NCBI GenBank assembly: GCA_947628105.1
Contig: CANQYN010000002.1
Location: 1-36,454 of the forward strand
Direction: 5' to 3'
Length of the DNA stretch: 36,454 bases
DNA from: an uncultured Bacilli bacterium
GTDB lineage: Bacteria > Bacillota_I > Bacilli_A > RF39 > UBA660
Made by a program: the position numbers and the translations under genes. The notes beneath the pieces are model-generated. The model ran no database searches. It saw only the letters and a program-made list of their open reading frames with translations, and was not told the DNA's origin. The first letter of the stretch is position 1, and every line of letters begins with the position of its first letter. This document shows positions 16,636 to 26,468 of this stretch, in pieces.

Positions 16636-18155
16636 ATTTCATGACCAGCTTTTCTACCTTTTAAAGAAAGAGCATAAATCAATAATGGAACAGCACATAG
16701 TATTTGAGAATAAACAAATCGTATCTCTTCACCTGTTATTAATAACATAATAATTAACGTGTTACTAATAACTAGTATAAATGGTAAATAATATTCTAAT
16801 TGAAATCTTTTCCTATAAATCACTATTACAATAGATAAAACAATAAGAAATAACCCCATTCCCACTCCGAAAAATAAATATTTTAATGGAGACGTAGAAA
16901 TAATATCATAATATCTTTCATAACACCCTCTCGCATGAATTAAAATGAAAGAATGATTTTTTTGTAATTCATCCGATGCAAAATTATCTAAATGATCTTG
17001 AATTTTCCAAATAGGACTTGTCACGTTCATATAAGAACGTATATATTTATCAGGATATTTAATAGCATATTTTATATAAAATTTTATAATTTCTTTAAAA
17101 TTTGTATCCACCCATGTTCCATAAATACCTTTACTGTTTGATTTCAAAAAATTAAAACTCGCTGGGCGATAATATTGTTCCCACTTTTCTTTGGGAGCAA
17201 GCTTGTCCAATAGTTTATGTTCTTCTTTTGTCATTTTAACATTTTGATGATAAATATAGGCGATTTGATTCATCGGAACTCCCATCATTTCTGATTTTCC
17301 TCCATCAGGGGTAATTCCTAATTGACTATAAACGGGTCCATATAATAAAAATCGAAATAAAACAAATAGAATGCCACAAGTCATATAAAATTTACGTTTA
17401 TCTTTATATAAAACAATTAAAGTTAAAAACATCAATACGACACTGAAAAGTCCATTATGACGAAACATCATAATTCCTAAGCTTACTAAAATAAAAATTA
17501 TTTTATGACTTGTTTTTTCTATCCATTTTCCTTTTGTAAAAACAATTTCTATTAAAAATAAAGTTCCTACAAACAATATCCATGAAAATGGGACATCTTT
17601 ATAACAATACATCGACATTTTAATAAAAGTAGGATTTAACATAATTGTCAATAAAGCAAGGATTGTTCCTTTTTTACTCAGAAAATATTTTCTTAAAAAG
17701 ATACAAAAATATAATAAAATACATCCAATAAAAATTAATTGAAAAACAGATAATGATACATAACTGTCATATATCATAGTCGGTAAAGTGACAAAAATTA
17801 AAGTCTCAATGAAAGGATGCCAATTGGTATAAGTTCCACTATGTACTTGACGCAATTGACTTTGGGTATCAGAACTTACAACGGCAGGAAATAAGGCAAG
17901 AAATGCGAAAAGAAAAATTGTTATAATGATACCACCATATAAAATCAATTCCTTTTTTTCATATTTTTCTTTATCTTTTTTCAAAACAAAATTACTGAGA
18001 TTAGGAAATATCGTCTTCAATATCATAAAAGAAATAAAAAATATCATTACCACACTAAACCAAGAGATGCTTTCATTTAGATTCCAACAAATGGAAATAG
18101 AAAAATAAATAGATAATAACATTTCCAAAATAAATAACAAACTATTTTTTTTCAT
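16632..18155 (-). CDS. Polytopic membrane protein, tandem paralog 3 of 3
   Basis: Same motifs as the other two. The start is placed at the ATG at 18155 (MKKNSLLF...), which aligns with the N-termini of the paralogs. The ORF-track extension to 18233 would overlap the 3' end of ugd. Confidence 0.85.
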   Translation of the reverse strand: MKKNSLLFILEMLLSIYFSISICWNLNESISWFSVVMIFFISFMILKTIFPNLSNFVLKKDKEKYEKKELILYGGIIITIFLFAFLALFPAVVSSDTQSQLRQVHSGTYTNWHPFIETLIFVTLPTMIYDSYVSLSVFQLIFIGCILLYFCIFLRKYFLSKKGTILALLTIMLNPTFIKMSMYCYKDVPFSWILFVGTLFLIEIVFTKGKWIEKTSHKIIFILVSLGIMMFRHNGLFSVVLMFLTLIVLYKDKRKFYMTCGILFVLFRFLLYGPVYSQLGITPDGGKSEMMGVPMNQIAYIYHQNVKMTKEEHKLLDKLAPKEKWEQYYRPASFNFLKSNSKGIYGTWVDTNFKEIIKFYIKYAIKYPDKYIRSYMNVTSPIWKIQDHLDNFASDELQKNHSFILIHARGCYERYYDIISTSPLKYLFFGVGMGLFLIVLSIVIVIYRKRFQLEYYLPFILVISNTLIIMLLITGEEIRFVYSQILCAVPLLIYALSLKGRKAGHEI

Positions 18156-18171
18156 CTTTTCACATCCATTC

Positions 18172-19338
18172 TCAATCTCTTGTATAAATATCTCTCGTAT
18201 AAATTTTGGAAATGCTATCGTTAATATTTTCATCTATTCTATTAGCTAAAATAATATCAGATTTTTCTTTAAAATCTTGTAGATCATCTATTACTTTACA
18301 ATTAGCAAATGTCCCTTCTTTTACAATTGGTTCATAGATAATAATATCGATATCTTTTCGTTTCAATAACGCTATAATATCTTGAATAGCGCTGGCTCTA
18401 AAATTATCAGAATTATTTTTCATTGTTAAACGATATATTCCTACTATTTTGGGAGATTTTTTTTCTATCATATCAACAATATGTCTTTTTCGTGTATCAT
18501 TTGATTTTATAATAGCTTCTATAATATTATTCGGGACATCTTTATAATTAGCAAGCAATTGTTTTGTATCCTTAGGTAGGCAATATCCACCATACCCAAA
18601 AGAAGGATTATTATAAAAATCACCAATTCTAGGATCAAGGCATACCCCTTCAATAATATCTTTTGTATTTAGACCTTTCAGTTCCGCGTAAGTATCTAAC
18701 TCATTAAAATAAGATACACGTAATGCTAAATAAGTGTTTGCGAACAATTTAACTGCTTCTGCTTCAGTTGATTCCATTAAAAGAATTGGAATATCTTTTT
18801 TAATAGCTGCTTCTTTTAATAAAGAAGCAAATTTTAAAGCTCTATCACTTTTCTCACCTACGATAATTCGAGATGGATATAAATTATCATATAAAGCTTT
18901 TCCTTCTCTTAAAAATTCTGGTGAAAACATAATATTAGTCATTTGATATTTTTGTTTCATTTGCTTAATAAAACCAACTGGTACTGTCGACTTGACAACG
19001 ATTGTCCCCATAGGATTAATACTTTTTACTTTCATGATAATATCTTCTACACTAGAAGTATCAAAATAATTTAATTCTTCATCATAATTAGTAGGTGTAC
19101 TAATGATAATAAATTCAGCTTTTTCAAATGCTTCTTTAGCATCTAACGTAGCTTTTAAATCAAGCTTTTTTGTTCTGAAATATTCTTCTATTTCCCTATC
19201 TCTTATAGGCGACTTTTTTTGATTTATCATATCTACTTTTTCAGATAATACATCGAAAGCTATTACTGTATTCCTTTGAGCAAGTAAAACAGCAATAGAA
19301 AGTCCTACATATCCTGTTCCTGCAACTGCTATTTTCAT
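18172..19338 (-). CDS. ugd: UDP-glucose 6-dehydrogenase
   Basis: [14 protein letters not shown] Rossmann start, a catalytic-region [10 protein letters not shown] motif and a length of 388 aa. Confidence 0.9.
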   Translation of the reverse strand: MKIAVAGTGYVGLSIAVLLAQRNTVIAFDVLSEKVDMINQKKSPIRDREIEEYFRTKKLDLKATLDAKEAFEKAEFIIISTPTNYDEELNYFDTSSVEDIIMKVKSINPMGTIVVKSTVPVGFIKQMKQKYQMTNIMFSPEFLREGKALYDNLYPSRIIVGEKSDRALKFASLLKEAAIKKDIPILLMESTEAEAVKLFANTYLALRVSYFNELDTYAELKGLNTKDIIEGVCLDPRIGDFYNNPSFGYGGYCLPKDTKQLLANYKDVPNNIIEAIIKSNDTRKRHIVDMIEKKSPKIVGIYRLTMKNNSDNFRASAIQDIIALLKRKDIDIIIYEPIVKEGTFANCKVIDDLQDFKEKSDIILANRIDENINDSISKIYTRDIYTRD

Positions 19339-20276
19339 GACTTTACACCCTTTCTTAATTCATTTCTTTTATTATCTTTTAAATTTCCCCATAATTTTCC
19401 AAGTTCATAATCCCATGCATCTGGAATAAAATTTCCTAATCCACATGCACTAGTAAAAGTTAATTCTCCAAAATAAATTTTCCCTTTAATTGAATATAAA
19501 TCAACCCTTACATGATCAAAATCTTTCGATAAAAGGCGACAAATTTTTTTCATTTCTTCAAACTTATCTGGGCGTTTAATATTTCCCTCATAATTTTCAT
19601 ATTTGCAACGATATCCTTTTTGTAATTTCCAGTTCATATCATAAATGTTTCGTTTATGTTTTTGAAAACGATTAATATCTACCCAACAATAATATGGGTT
19701 TCCATGAAAGCATAAAAATTTATAATCTTTTAAATTATCACCCATATTTTTTTCAATCATAATCTTTGGTTTAATATCTCTATATTGCATTTGATAACCT
19801 GAATTTGCATAAGCAAAATTCCTCTTTAAAAAGAAATTATTATATTTTGTTCTTAATTTTTTAATTGGTAATTTTTTCTTATCATTACAAATGAAAACAC
19901 TTCCACAATCATGATTGCATTTTATAACAAATTTATTGGGCAACTTATCAAAAGGAATATCATCAAAATTATCGTATATACCCAATAAAGGGATTAAATA
20001 TTCCTCCCCTATTTTTTCTTTAATATATTCTCTTACTGCAATTTTATCTGTTGCCATTGTTTTTAATTTCGTATTCCCATAAAGTTTTACCACATTCAAT
20101 TTTTCATTATAAGTTTTTGGATCTTCCCAATTGATAGAACGATGAAATACTTTTATAAACTGACCATTTATTTCTTGCTCGCTTTGAATATAACTTTTAT
20201 GCTTTCTTTTATTTATTTTTATCAAACGATACATATAAATAATTTTATCAGGTAATAATTTTTTTAATAATTTCAT
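19335..20276 (-). CDS. TupA-like ATP-grasp amidoligase family protein
   Basis: [42 protein letters not shown].. fits the ATPgrasp_TupA pattern as I remember it. The ORF track starts at TTG 20285; ATG 20276 is preferred. ATGA overlap with ugd. Confidence 0.75.
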   Translation of the reverse strand: MKLLKKLLPDKIIYMYRLIKINKRKHKSYIQSEQEINGQFIKVFHRSINWEDPKTYNEKLNVVKLYGNTKLKTMATDKIAVREYIKEKIGEEYLIPLLGIYDNFDDIPFDKLPNKFVIKCNHDCGSVFICNDKKKLPIKKLRTKYNNFFLKRNFAYANSGYQMQYRDIKPKIMIEKNMGDNLKDYKFLCFHGNPYYCWVDINRFQKHKRNIYDMNWKLQKGYRCKYENYEGNIKRPDKFEEMKKICRLLSKDFDHVRVDLYSIKGKIYFGELTFTSACGLGNFIPDAWDYELGKLWGNLKDNKRNELRKGVKS

Positions 20277-20295
20277 TTTTATCAACTCTTTCTAA

Positions 20296-21804
20296 CTATC
20301 GAATAAATCGTCTGATTAAGTTTTTAAAATATTTATTAAATTGGAAAAATAAACTAAACGAAATAATTCCTAGGAAGCATAAATCAACTATTAATTTAAC
20401 GATAAAAGTTTCCCAAGAAATACCAACCAAATGGAAGATGTGAATATTGACATAATTCAATGTGATGATTGCAATCGATATATATAAAATACTTTCACCT
20501 AGATATAGCAATAAATTATTTTTTGATTTTAATACTTCTTTACAAACTAAATGATAATTAAATGGGATTAAAATAAGATAAGTTGCAAGTACGGTTCCTA
20601 ATAAAAGTCCAAATATTCCAAATTTTTGAACAAATAATAAAGACAAAATAATATTTACAATGGCCTGCCACAACGTATAATGTTTACTTTGTTTATATAA
20701 TCCTTTTGCATCCCTAGCAATGTATACAACCGGCATAATACAACGATGAATATATATCAACATCCAAATAATAATACATCCTGCCCCTAAGGTAAATTCT
20801 TCTCCTATCCACAAAGTAATAAAATCATTGATAAACAAATAAAAGATAGGTGCCGAAATAAGAACAAATAAATAGTTTATAGAAATAGTTTCATAAAATA
20901 ACTGAATAGCACTTTTTTCATTTTCGACTATTTTTTTTCCAAAGGTTGCTCGTAGATTATCGACGACTCGATTAATTAAATTAATTGGATAAGTCATGAC
21001 CATATTATAAGCACTATATATTGTAACATTTTTTAGATTACTAAGAATAGATAAAATAATATTATCCGTTGAACTAAATACGACACTGCTAATCTGATGA
21101 ACAATAATATCTTTCGTCATACTAGTCGCCTCATAATTAGGTTTACTATTTTCTATTAAAATTTGCTTACAATTTTTTTCTATTAACATAAGATAAATAT
21201 AGTTGGTCAATAGTATAATAATAATTCCAATAGTCAATGTAATCAATATATCAATTTTAAATATACTGGCCATAATAATTTCGATAATTAAAATAACTAT
21301 ATTGGCAATCCCATCCACTAAATCAACCAAATATTTTTTCTCATATACATATAATAAATTTTTCTTACTTATTAAAAAATAATATGGTAAAATAAAACGA
21401 ATTCCTAACAAAGCTAAAATAAGAGCAATTTGAATATAAGACAATGTTCCTTTATTTACAATAAATGGATAAATAAAAGAAATTAATAACATGACTACTA
21501 ACATTAACATAGCAATTTTTTTCAGTGATGTTACTAATCCTTTATATAAACCATTTACTTTTGTATATTCCTCTTTAGCCATCGGTTTATACATTTTAAA
21601 AAGATAAGCTGCTCCCAGTCCACTTTCTAATAGCACCAAATAATTAAAAATTTGATGAGAGAGTTGTACTACTCCATTTACATCTGTTCCGTAAAATTCA
21701 ATAAACACTTTGGTTCTAATTAAAGTGAATATTCCCTGTAATAGAAACATAACTACACTGATAATAAATGCTTTTATCATCATATTTTTTCTATTCATCT
21801 TCAT
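20296..21804 (-). CDS. wzx: Wzx-type oligosaccharide flippase (MOP superfamily)
   Basis: About 12-14 TM helices over 502 aa. It sits within a Wzy-dependent cluster and overlaps the CapA-like gene by 14 nt. Confidence 0.75.
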   Translation of the reverse strand: MKMNRKNMMIKAFIISVVMFLLQGIFTLIRTKVFIEFYGTDVNGVVQLSHQIFNYLVLLESGLGAAYLFKMYKPMAKEEYTKVNGLYKGLVTSLKKIAMLMLVVMLLISFIYPFIVNKGTLSYIQIALILALLGIRFILPYYFLISKKNLLYVYEKKYLVDLVDGIANIVILIIEIIMASIFKIDILITLTIGIIIILLTNYIYLMLIEKNCKQILIENSKPNYEATSMTKDIIVHQISSVVFSSTDNIILSILSNLKNVTIYSAYNMVMTYPINLINRVVDNLRATFGKKIVENEKSAIQLFYETISINYLFVLISAPIFYLFINDFITLWIGEEFTLGAGCIIIWMLIYIHRCIMPVVYIARDAKGLYKQSKHYTLWQAIVNIILSLLFVQKFGIFGLLLGTVLATYLILIPFNYHLVCKEVLKSKNNLLLYLGESILYISIAIITLNYVNIHIFHLVGISWETFIVKLIVDLCFLGIISFSLFFQFNKYFKNLIRRFIR

Positions 21805-22933
21805 TTTTCATCCCAATTCTATTTTTTAATCCTCGAATAAATAGTTCGTTATGAGCCTCACATTGCAAAAGATTTAAAATTTGAAGATAATCTTGCTCTC
21901 GATAACTGTGATTATAACGTCCTTTTGTGATTTTATTCATCAATCGATAGAAAAATGTTTTGTTTACTGTTCTCTTTAAATAATTATCCAAATTTTTATC
22001 AGCAAACTGATTATAATTATCATTGATAAACTTGCTATCTTTTATCTTCTGGTTACGGAGCATAAATTCATCCATACATTGACAATATTTTTTATCTTTA
22101 GGGGATAACAACCTGATTTTCCCGTTTTGTTTTTCATGAAATAAATAATTGATTTTAATACGTTTATTAATTGTAACTTCTAATATCATTCCCGTATTCC
22201 AGTACTCATCGTCTCCACGATCAAAAATAAAATTACCTTGTCCATATACGATTGTTGAATGATGATATTTCTCTACAGAACCAATAGCATGACTATGTTG
22301 ACATACGACGATATCAGCTCCACTATCTACTAATTTACGACATAATTTTTGTAATCTTGGACTAGGATAACGATAATACTCTTTTCCTCCATGATATAAT
22401 ACTATTAGACGATTACATTGTTTTTTTAATTCTTTTACATCATCAAAAGTGGTAAATTCATCATAATAATTAGCACCATAAGTAGTTCTTGTAGCATTCG
22501 AAAACTCTGTCTCACAACAAGAATAAATTCCTATTTTAAGATTACCATCTTTTAATATAAAATACTTTTTTAACTTTTCTTTATTAGTTCCTACTCCCAC
22601 ATAAGAAATACGATTTTTAGTTAAAATATCTAACGTGTTTTTACATCCTTTTTCTCCATAGTCCATAATATGATTGTTAGCAAGAGAAATTAAACTCGGG
22701 TTTAATGCTTTTATTCCTTTTATAACAATAGGGTTAGTTTGTAAATTAGGCCCTGTTTTTTTGATTGGTTTTAAATTCTTACAAATTGGCGTCTCTAAGT
22801 TAAATAATTTGTATTTTGTTTTATCCCAAATTTGGTATAAATCTTTCCCTAACAATTCTTCTATATGGCCCTGTGCAAATAATTCTTGATTTGATTGGGT
22901 AGGAACCAAATCACCTGCTATTAATAATTTCAT
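21791..22933 (-). CDS. CapA/PgsA-like metallophosphatase-fold protein with no N-terminal membrane anchor
   Basis: MKLLIAGDL.., SLANNHIMDYG, GADIVVCQHSH and GQGNFIFD motifs fit the PGA_cap family. SD is GAGGTGA. Confidence 0.7.
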   Translation of the reverse strand: MKLLIAGDLVPTQSNQELFAQGHIEELLGKDLYQIWDKTKYKLFNLETPICKNLKPIKKTGPNLQTNPIVIKGIKALNPSLISLANNHIMDYGEKGCKNTLDILTKNRISYVGVGTNKEKLKKYFILKDGNLKIGIYSCCETEFSNATRTTYGANYYDEFTTFDDVKELKKQCNRLIVLYHGGKEYYRYPSPRLQKLCRKLVDSGADIVVCQHSHAIGSVEKYHHSTIVYGQGNFIFDRGDDEYWNTGMILEVTINKRIKINYLFHEKQNGKIRLLSPKDKKYCQCMDEFMLRNQKIKDSKFINDNYNQFADKNLDNYLKRTVNKTFFYRLMNKITKGRYNHSYREQDYLQILNLLQCEAHNELFIRGLKNRIGMKNEDE

Positions 22934-22964
22934 ATCATCACCTCAATTTAATTTTTTAATTATA

Positions 22965-24131
22965 CTAAATTTTAGTTTTCTTATTAAACAATTCTGGACT
23001 TCGATAACATAACAACCAAATGAAAAACATCAAAGCTGTCCCAGAATAACTAAATGGTTCTGTCATCCACATTAAAAAATATGTTGCCATAACAGCTAAT
23101 AAAATATTTGTAATTGGTAAATTCGTGCATTTTTTTAATTGCTTTGTAATATCATAAATTATATAAGTAACAACTATCAATAATAAGATACCACCCTCGA
23201 ATAAAAATATTAAAAATTGATTATGAGGACTGGTAGATCCTAAAATAGCAGTCCTTGCCTCTTGGGATAATCTTCCATATCCAAGGAAAGGTCTATCCCC
23301 TATTAAAGAAAGAACTTTTCGCCAAATAACTGTTCTTCCCGTAAAGGTAATATCTCTATGTAAAATTGTCACAATCAAAGGAGCTATTAAATTTTGAATT
23401 TTTACTTTAATAACTAAAAAAGAAGCAACAGCAAAAAAAAGATAAGAATTAAAAGGATAAAACAAATCTCTTTTTTTAGGTAATCGTTTCATTATTATTA
23501 ATAGGATAATAAATAATCCAAATCCTAGTATAGAAGTAACAGGCCAAGTAAGAAGAAGAGTTAAAGCAACAACTCCTACATAACAATAACTTCTTTTATC
23601 CAATTTTTGTTCTTTTAAATAAGAACGTATCATAGTTAAACAACATCCTGGTAACAAATAACGAATGGTAACATTTACGTGATCAAAAAGATAATAATTA
23701 CGAGTATAGTCTAGATGATACAAACCATTTGGAAAAAAGATTGCTAAAATAAAATTGATGTAAGTTAAAATTTCGAGCAATAAAACAATAGTATCGAGAG
23801 AAGAATAAAATTCTTTTTTATCTAAATTGCTCCATATCAATATCATTAAAATAATAGATCCTATTTCAGCAATCAAAGGTTTTAAAGGATAGGGGCTTAA
23901 AAATGTAGAAAGAAATAAAACACCGTAATAAATTAACAAATATCCAAAGAATTTTGTAATTTTCAAATCTTGTTTAAAATAGAAAAAAAGTAAAAATGTA
24001 ATACCACTTAAAACACAACATATAAAATTAATATGTGAAATGAAATAATCAATAATAGGAATTCTAATAGCACAAAGAAAATTAATAATAATTAATATTT
24101 TTAATCCCTTCCCTAATATTTTGTTATCCAT
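22965..24131 (-). CDS. wzy: Wzy-type polysaccharide polymerase / O-antigen-ligase-like membrane protein
   Basis: About 10 TM helices with a late periplasmic-type loop, and SPHNQFLIFLFEGGILLL resembling the Wzy_C motif. Confidence 0.7.
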   Translation of the reverse strand: MDNKILGKGLKILIIINFLCAIRIPIIDYFISHINFICCVLSGITFLLFFYFKQDLKITKFFGYLLIYYGVLFLSTFLSPYPLKPLIAEIGSIILMILIWSNLDKKEFYSSLDTIVLLLEILTYINFILAIFFPNGLYHLDYTRNYYLFDHVNVTIRYLLPGCCLTMIRSYLKEQKLDKRSYCYVGVVALTLLLTWPVTSILGFGLFIILLIIMKRLPKKRDLFYPFNSYLFFAVASFLVIKVKIQNLIAPLIVTILHRDITFTGRTVIWRKVLSLIGDRPFLGYGRLSQEARTAILGSTSPHNQFLIFLFEGGILLLIVVTYIIYDITKQLKKCTNLPITNILLAVMATYFLMWMTEPFSYSGTALMFFIWLLCYRSPELFNKKTKI

Positions 24132-25308
24132 TTTTTATCACCTCAATAACAAGATTTAAATATCTTTGAGACATGTCTTCTTCATTATAATAATTTCCTG
24201 TTTTGATTGCTTCTTGAATAATATGATTTCGCTCTTCTGTTTTCATATCTATAATCTTTGTTATTACTTCTGTTAGCTCTTTTTCATTGGGATGAATCAA
24301 AAAACCATTTTTATTATTTTTGATGATTCCATCAATTCCCTCATTTTGAATTCCAATCGTAATACATCCATGAGACATCGCTTCTAAATAAACAAGTCCT
24401 AATGTTTCTCTTACACTTGGCATACAAAATATATCCGCCTTGCTCATAAATTCAAAAACTTTACTTTTGGGTAAATTTCCTAAAAATTTAACCATTTTAG
24501 CTAAATTTAATTCGTTTACCAAATTTTGATATTTTTCTAACATGGGCCCCGATCCAATTACAATTAATTCCCAATTTTTATTCTTTACTAGTTTTAATGC
24601 TCGAATTAAAATATCTAAATTTTTTCTTTTTATCAACTTTCCAACATATAAGATTTGAATTTTAGATTTCTTAAATTTATTATTGCATATATCTTTTGTT
24701 ATATCTACTTTTGGAACTCCAGATAAAATTAATTCTTTTTGTAAATTAGGTAAATGATATTTTTTAAATATATCATAAATTGCTTTGCTTCGACAAAATA
24801 TATATTGGTAAGTTTCTTTCAAATGTTGAATATATTTATCTCCTTTTTTATTTAAAAACAAAACATCAGAATAATGCAAAATAGCAACTTTATTACATTT
24901 ATAATTTAATTTATTTATAAAAAATGAAGAAATACAAGGTAAATGCACTAAAATAACATTTGGAATAAAATGTTCTTTTTTCAACTCCTGTTCAATCATA
25001 TGATTAAATCTTTTCCTTGCTAAATAATGTCCTTGCTTTTGTTTTGGAAAAAAATTTTGCCGCTCTATTAAAAAGACAGGAATATCTCCACAATGATAAT
25101 GATATCCATTTTCATAATATATTCTATTTTCTTTTTTTAAAAAACGGGTTATTTTCCTAATCCCCATTGGAAAATTATTAATTACTAAAAGATTATTAGA
25201 AGAGGTCCAATACTTTGTTAAATCATAAATACATATAGAATCTCTTTCTAATTCTTCTCTACCTATGATTTGATACATCGGTGTAATTAATAATATATTA
25301 TGTTTCAT
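24124..25308 (-). CDS. Glycosyltransferase, GT4 (GT-B fold)
   Basis: The C-terminal E..G.VYLEAMSHGCITIG....GIDGIIKNNKNGFL is an EX7E-type motif. The start is probably ATG 25308 (AAGGTGA SD); the ORF track starts at GTG 25314. Confidence 0.85.
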   Translation of the reverse strand: MKHNILLITPMYQIIGREELERDSICIYDLTKYWTSSNNLLVINNFPMGIRKITRFLKKENRIYYENGYHYHCGDIPVFLIERQNFFPKQKQGHYLARKRFNHMIEQELKKEHFIPNVILVHLPCISSFFINKLNYKCNKVAILHYSDVLFLNKKGDKYIQHLKETYQYIFCRSKAIYDIFKKYHLPNLQKELILSGVPKVDITKDICNNKFKKSKIQILYVGKLIKRKNLDILIRALKLVKNKNWELIVIGSGPMLEKYQNLVNELNLAKMVKFLGNLPKSKVFEFMSKADIFCMPSVRETLGLVYLEAMSHGCITIGIQNEGIDGIIKNNKNGFLIHPNEKELTEVITKIIDMKTEERNHIIQEAIKTGNYYNEEDMSQRYLNLVIEVIKNG

Positions 25309-25310
25309 TG

Positions 25311-26465
25311 TCACATCACCTTTTTATATAATTTTATAATTTCTTCCGCATTTTTTTCCACAGAAAATACTTTTGCTCTCTCATAACCATTTTGAATAAT
25401 TTCTTTTCTTTTCTTAGTATCCATATAAAAAATTTTTTCGATAACATTTGCCAACTCTTGATTATTATTATATTTATATAAAAATCCTGTATCTTTTTGA
25501 ATAATTTCTAAATTTGCCCCCGTATTTGACGCTATTGTTAATAATTTATTTGACATATATTCAACTGTTACTCTACCAAAAGCTTCCGCTTTTGAACACA
25601 TAATTCCAATGTCATATTTAGAAATAATATTTTCAATATTTTTATTATATCCTTTAAAGTTAAAATTTTTTATTATATTATACTTCTTTATCTTTTTTTC
25701 TAAATAATGAATATAAGCATCTGAGCCGTTTCCATAAAAATCAACTACAATTTGTTTTTGAATCATATCTGGCAATAGATGAATAGCTTCAATTAATTGA
25801 TATTGCCCTTTACTTTCTTGAATTCCCCCCATAAAAAGAATTTTTAATTTATCTTGCGAAAAATCTTTTTCAAAATCTTCTTTGATTTTTATTCCATTGT
25901 AAATTCGTTTTATTTTCTTTTTATCAATTCCTTTTTTAATAAAATTTTCTTTGATTATATCTGAAATGGCAATAAAATAATCTGTATATTGATTTAAAAA
26001 TTGAATATGATTTTTAATCAAATAAATTCCTTTATAATCTTGATCTTGAAATTCTCGTATATGTTGAATATGTGGTTTATGATATTTTTGACTTAATAAT
26101 ATTCCAAAATCATCTCGATTTACATTAGTATGAATAATATCTATTTTAGACATATCAAGTAGAGTATCTATTTTTTTTAAAGCTACTTTATTACAAAAAT
26201 AATGTTGCCATTTATAAAACGGATATAACGTTCTTTTTATAACTTTTTTAATAGTAGTACTTGCATCTGGGACAAAAAATGGCTTATAGTTTAATATTCT
26301 ATATGTAATGTTATGCTTTTCGCATAATTCGGTTAACAATCCTTTTCTAGACATTATTATAAATGGCTCAACATCATATTTTTGTCTTAAATAGTCAGCC
26401 AAATAAATTAATGATTTCGTAGCCCCTCCAATTTGAGCTTCATTGGCAACAAATAAAACTTTCAT
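25311..26465 (-). CDS. Glycosyltransferase, GT4 (GT-B fold)
   Basis: MKVLFV..GGA start, and C-terminal SKAEAFGRVTVEYMSNKLLTIASNTGAN.EII. SD is GGAGAGG. Confidence 0.85.
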   Translation of the reverse strand: MKVLFVANEAQIGGATKSLIYLADYLRQKYDVEPFIIMSRKGLLTELCEKHNITYRILNYKPFFVPDASTTIKKVIKRTLYPFYKWQHYFCNKVALKKIDTLLDMSKIDIIHTNVNRDDFGILLSQKYHKPHIQHIREFQDQDYKGIYLIKNHIQFLNQYTDYFIAISDIIKENFIKKGIDKKKIKRIYNGIKIKEDFEKDFSQDKLKILFMGGIQESKGQYQLIEAIHLLPDMIQKQIVVDFYGNGSDAYIHYLEKKIKKYNIIKNFNFKGYNKNIENIISKYDIGIMCSKAEAFGRVTVEYMSNKLLTIASNTGANLEIIQKDTGFLYKYNNNQELANVIEKIFYMDTKKRKEIIQNGYERAKVFSVEKNAEEIIKLYKKVM

Positions 26466-26468
26466 TTT

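Noticed and set aside
18156-18233. N-terminal extension of membrane paralog 3 ([26 protein letters not shown]) in the ORF track
   Set aside because: It would overlap the 3' end of ugd by 62 nt and has no counterpart in the two paralogs. The ATG at 18155 aligns with their N-termini.
8690-22933. Canonical poly-gamma-glutamate (pgsBCA/capBCA) synthesis, considered because of the CapA-like gene plus a membrane-anchored Mur-ligase-like protein
   Set aside because: The membrane-anchored ligase has MurF-type C-terminal motifs (HRLE..DDGYNSNP) rather than a PgsB-like organisation. There is no PgsC-like small membrane protein, the CapA-like protein lacks its anchor, and the two genes are 11 kb apart.
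25825-25830. C6 (G6 on the coding strand) homopolymer inside the second GT4 gene as a slipped-strand phase-variation tract
   Set aside because: Six residues is shorter than tracts that usually show appreciable slippage. It stands out only because the genome is so AT-rich. The long A/T runs elsewhere are ubiquitous and uninformative.
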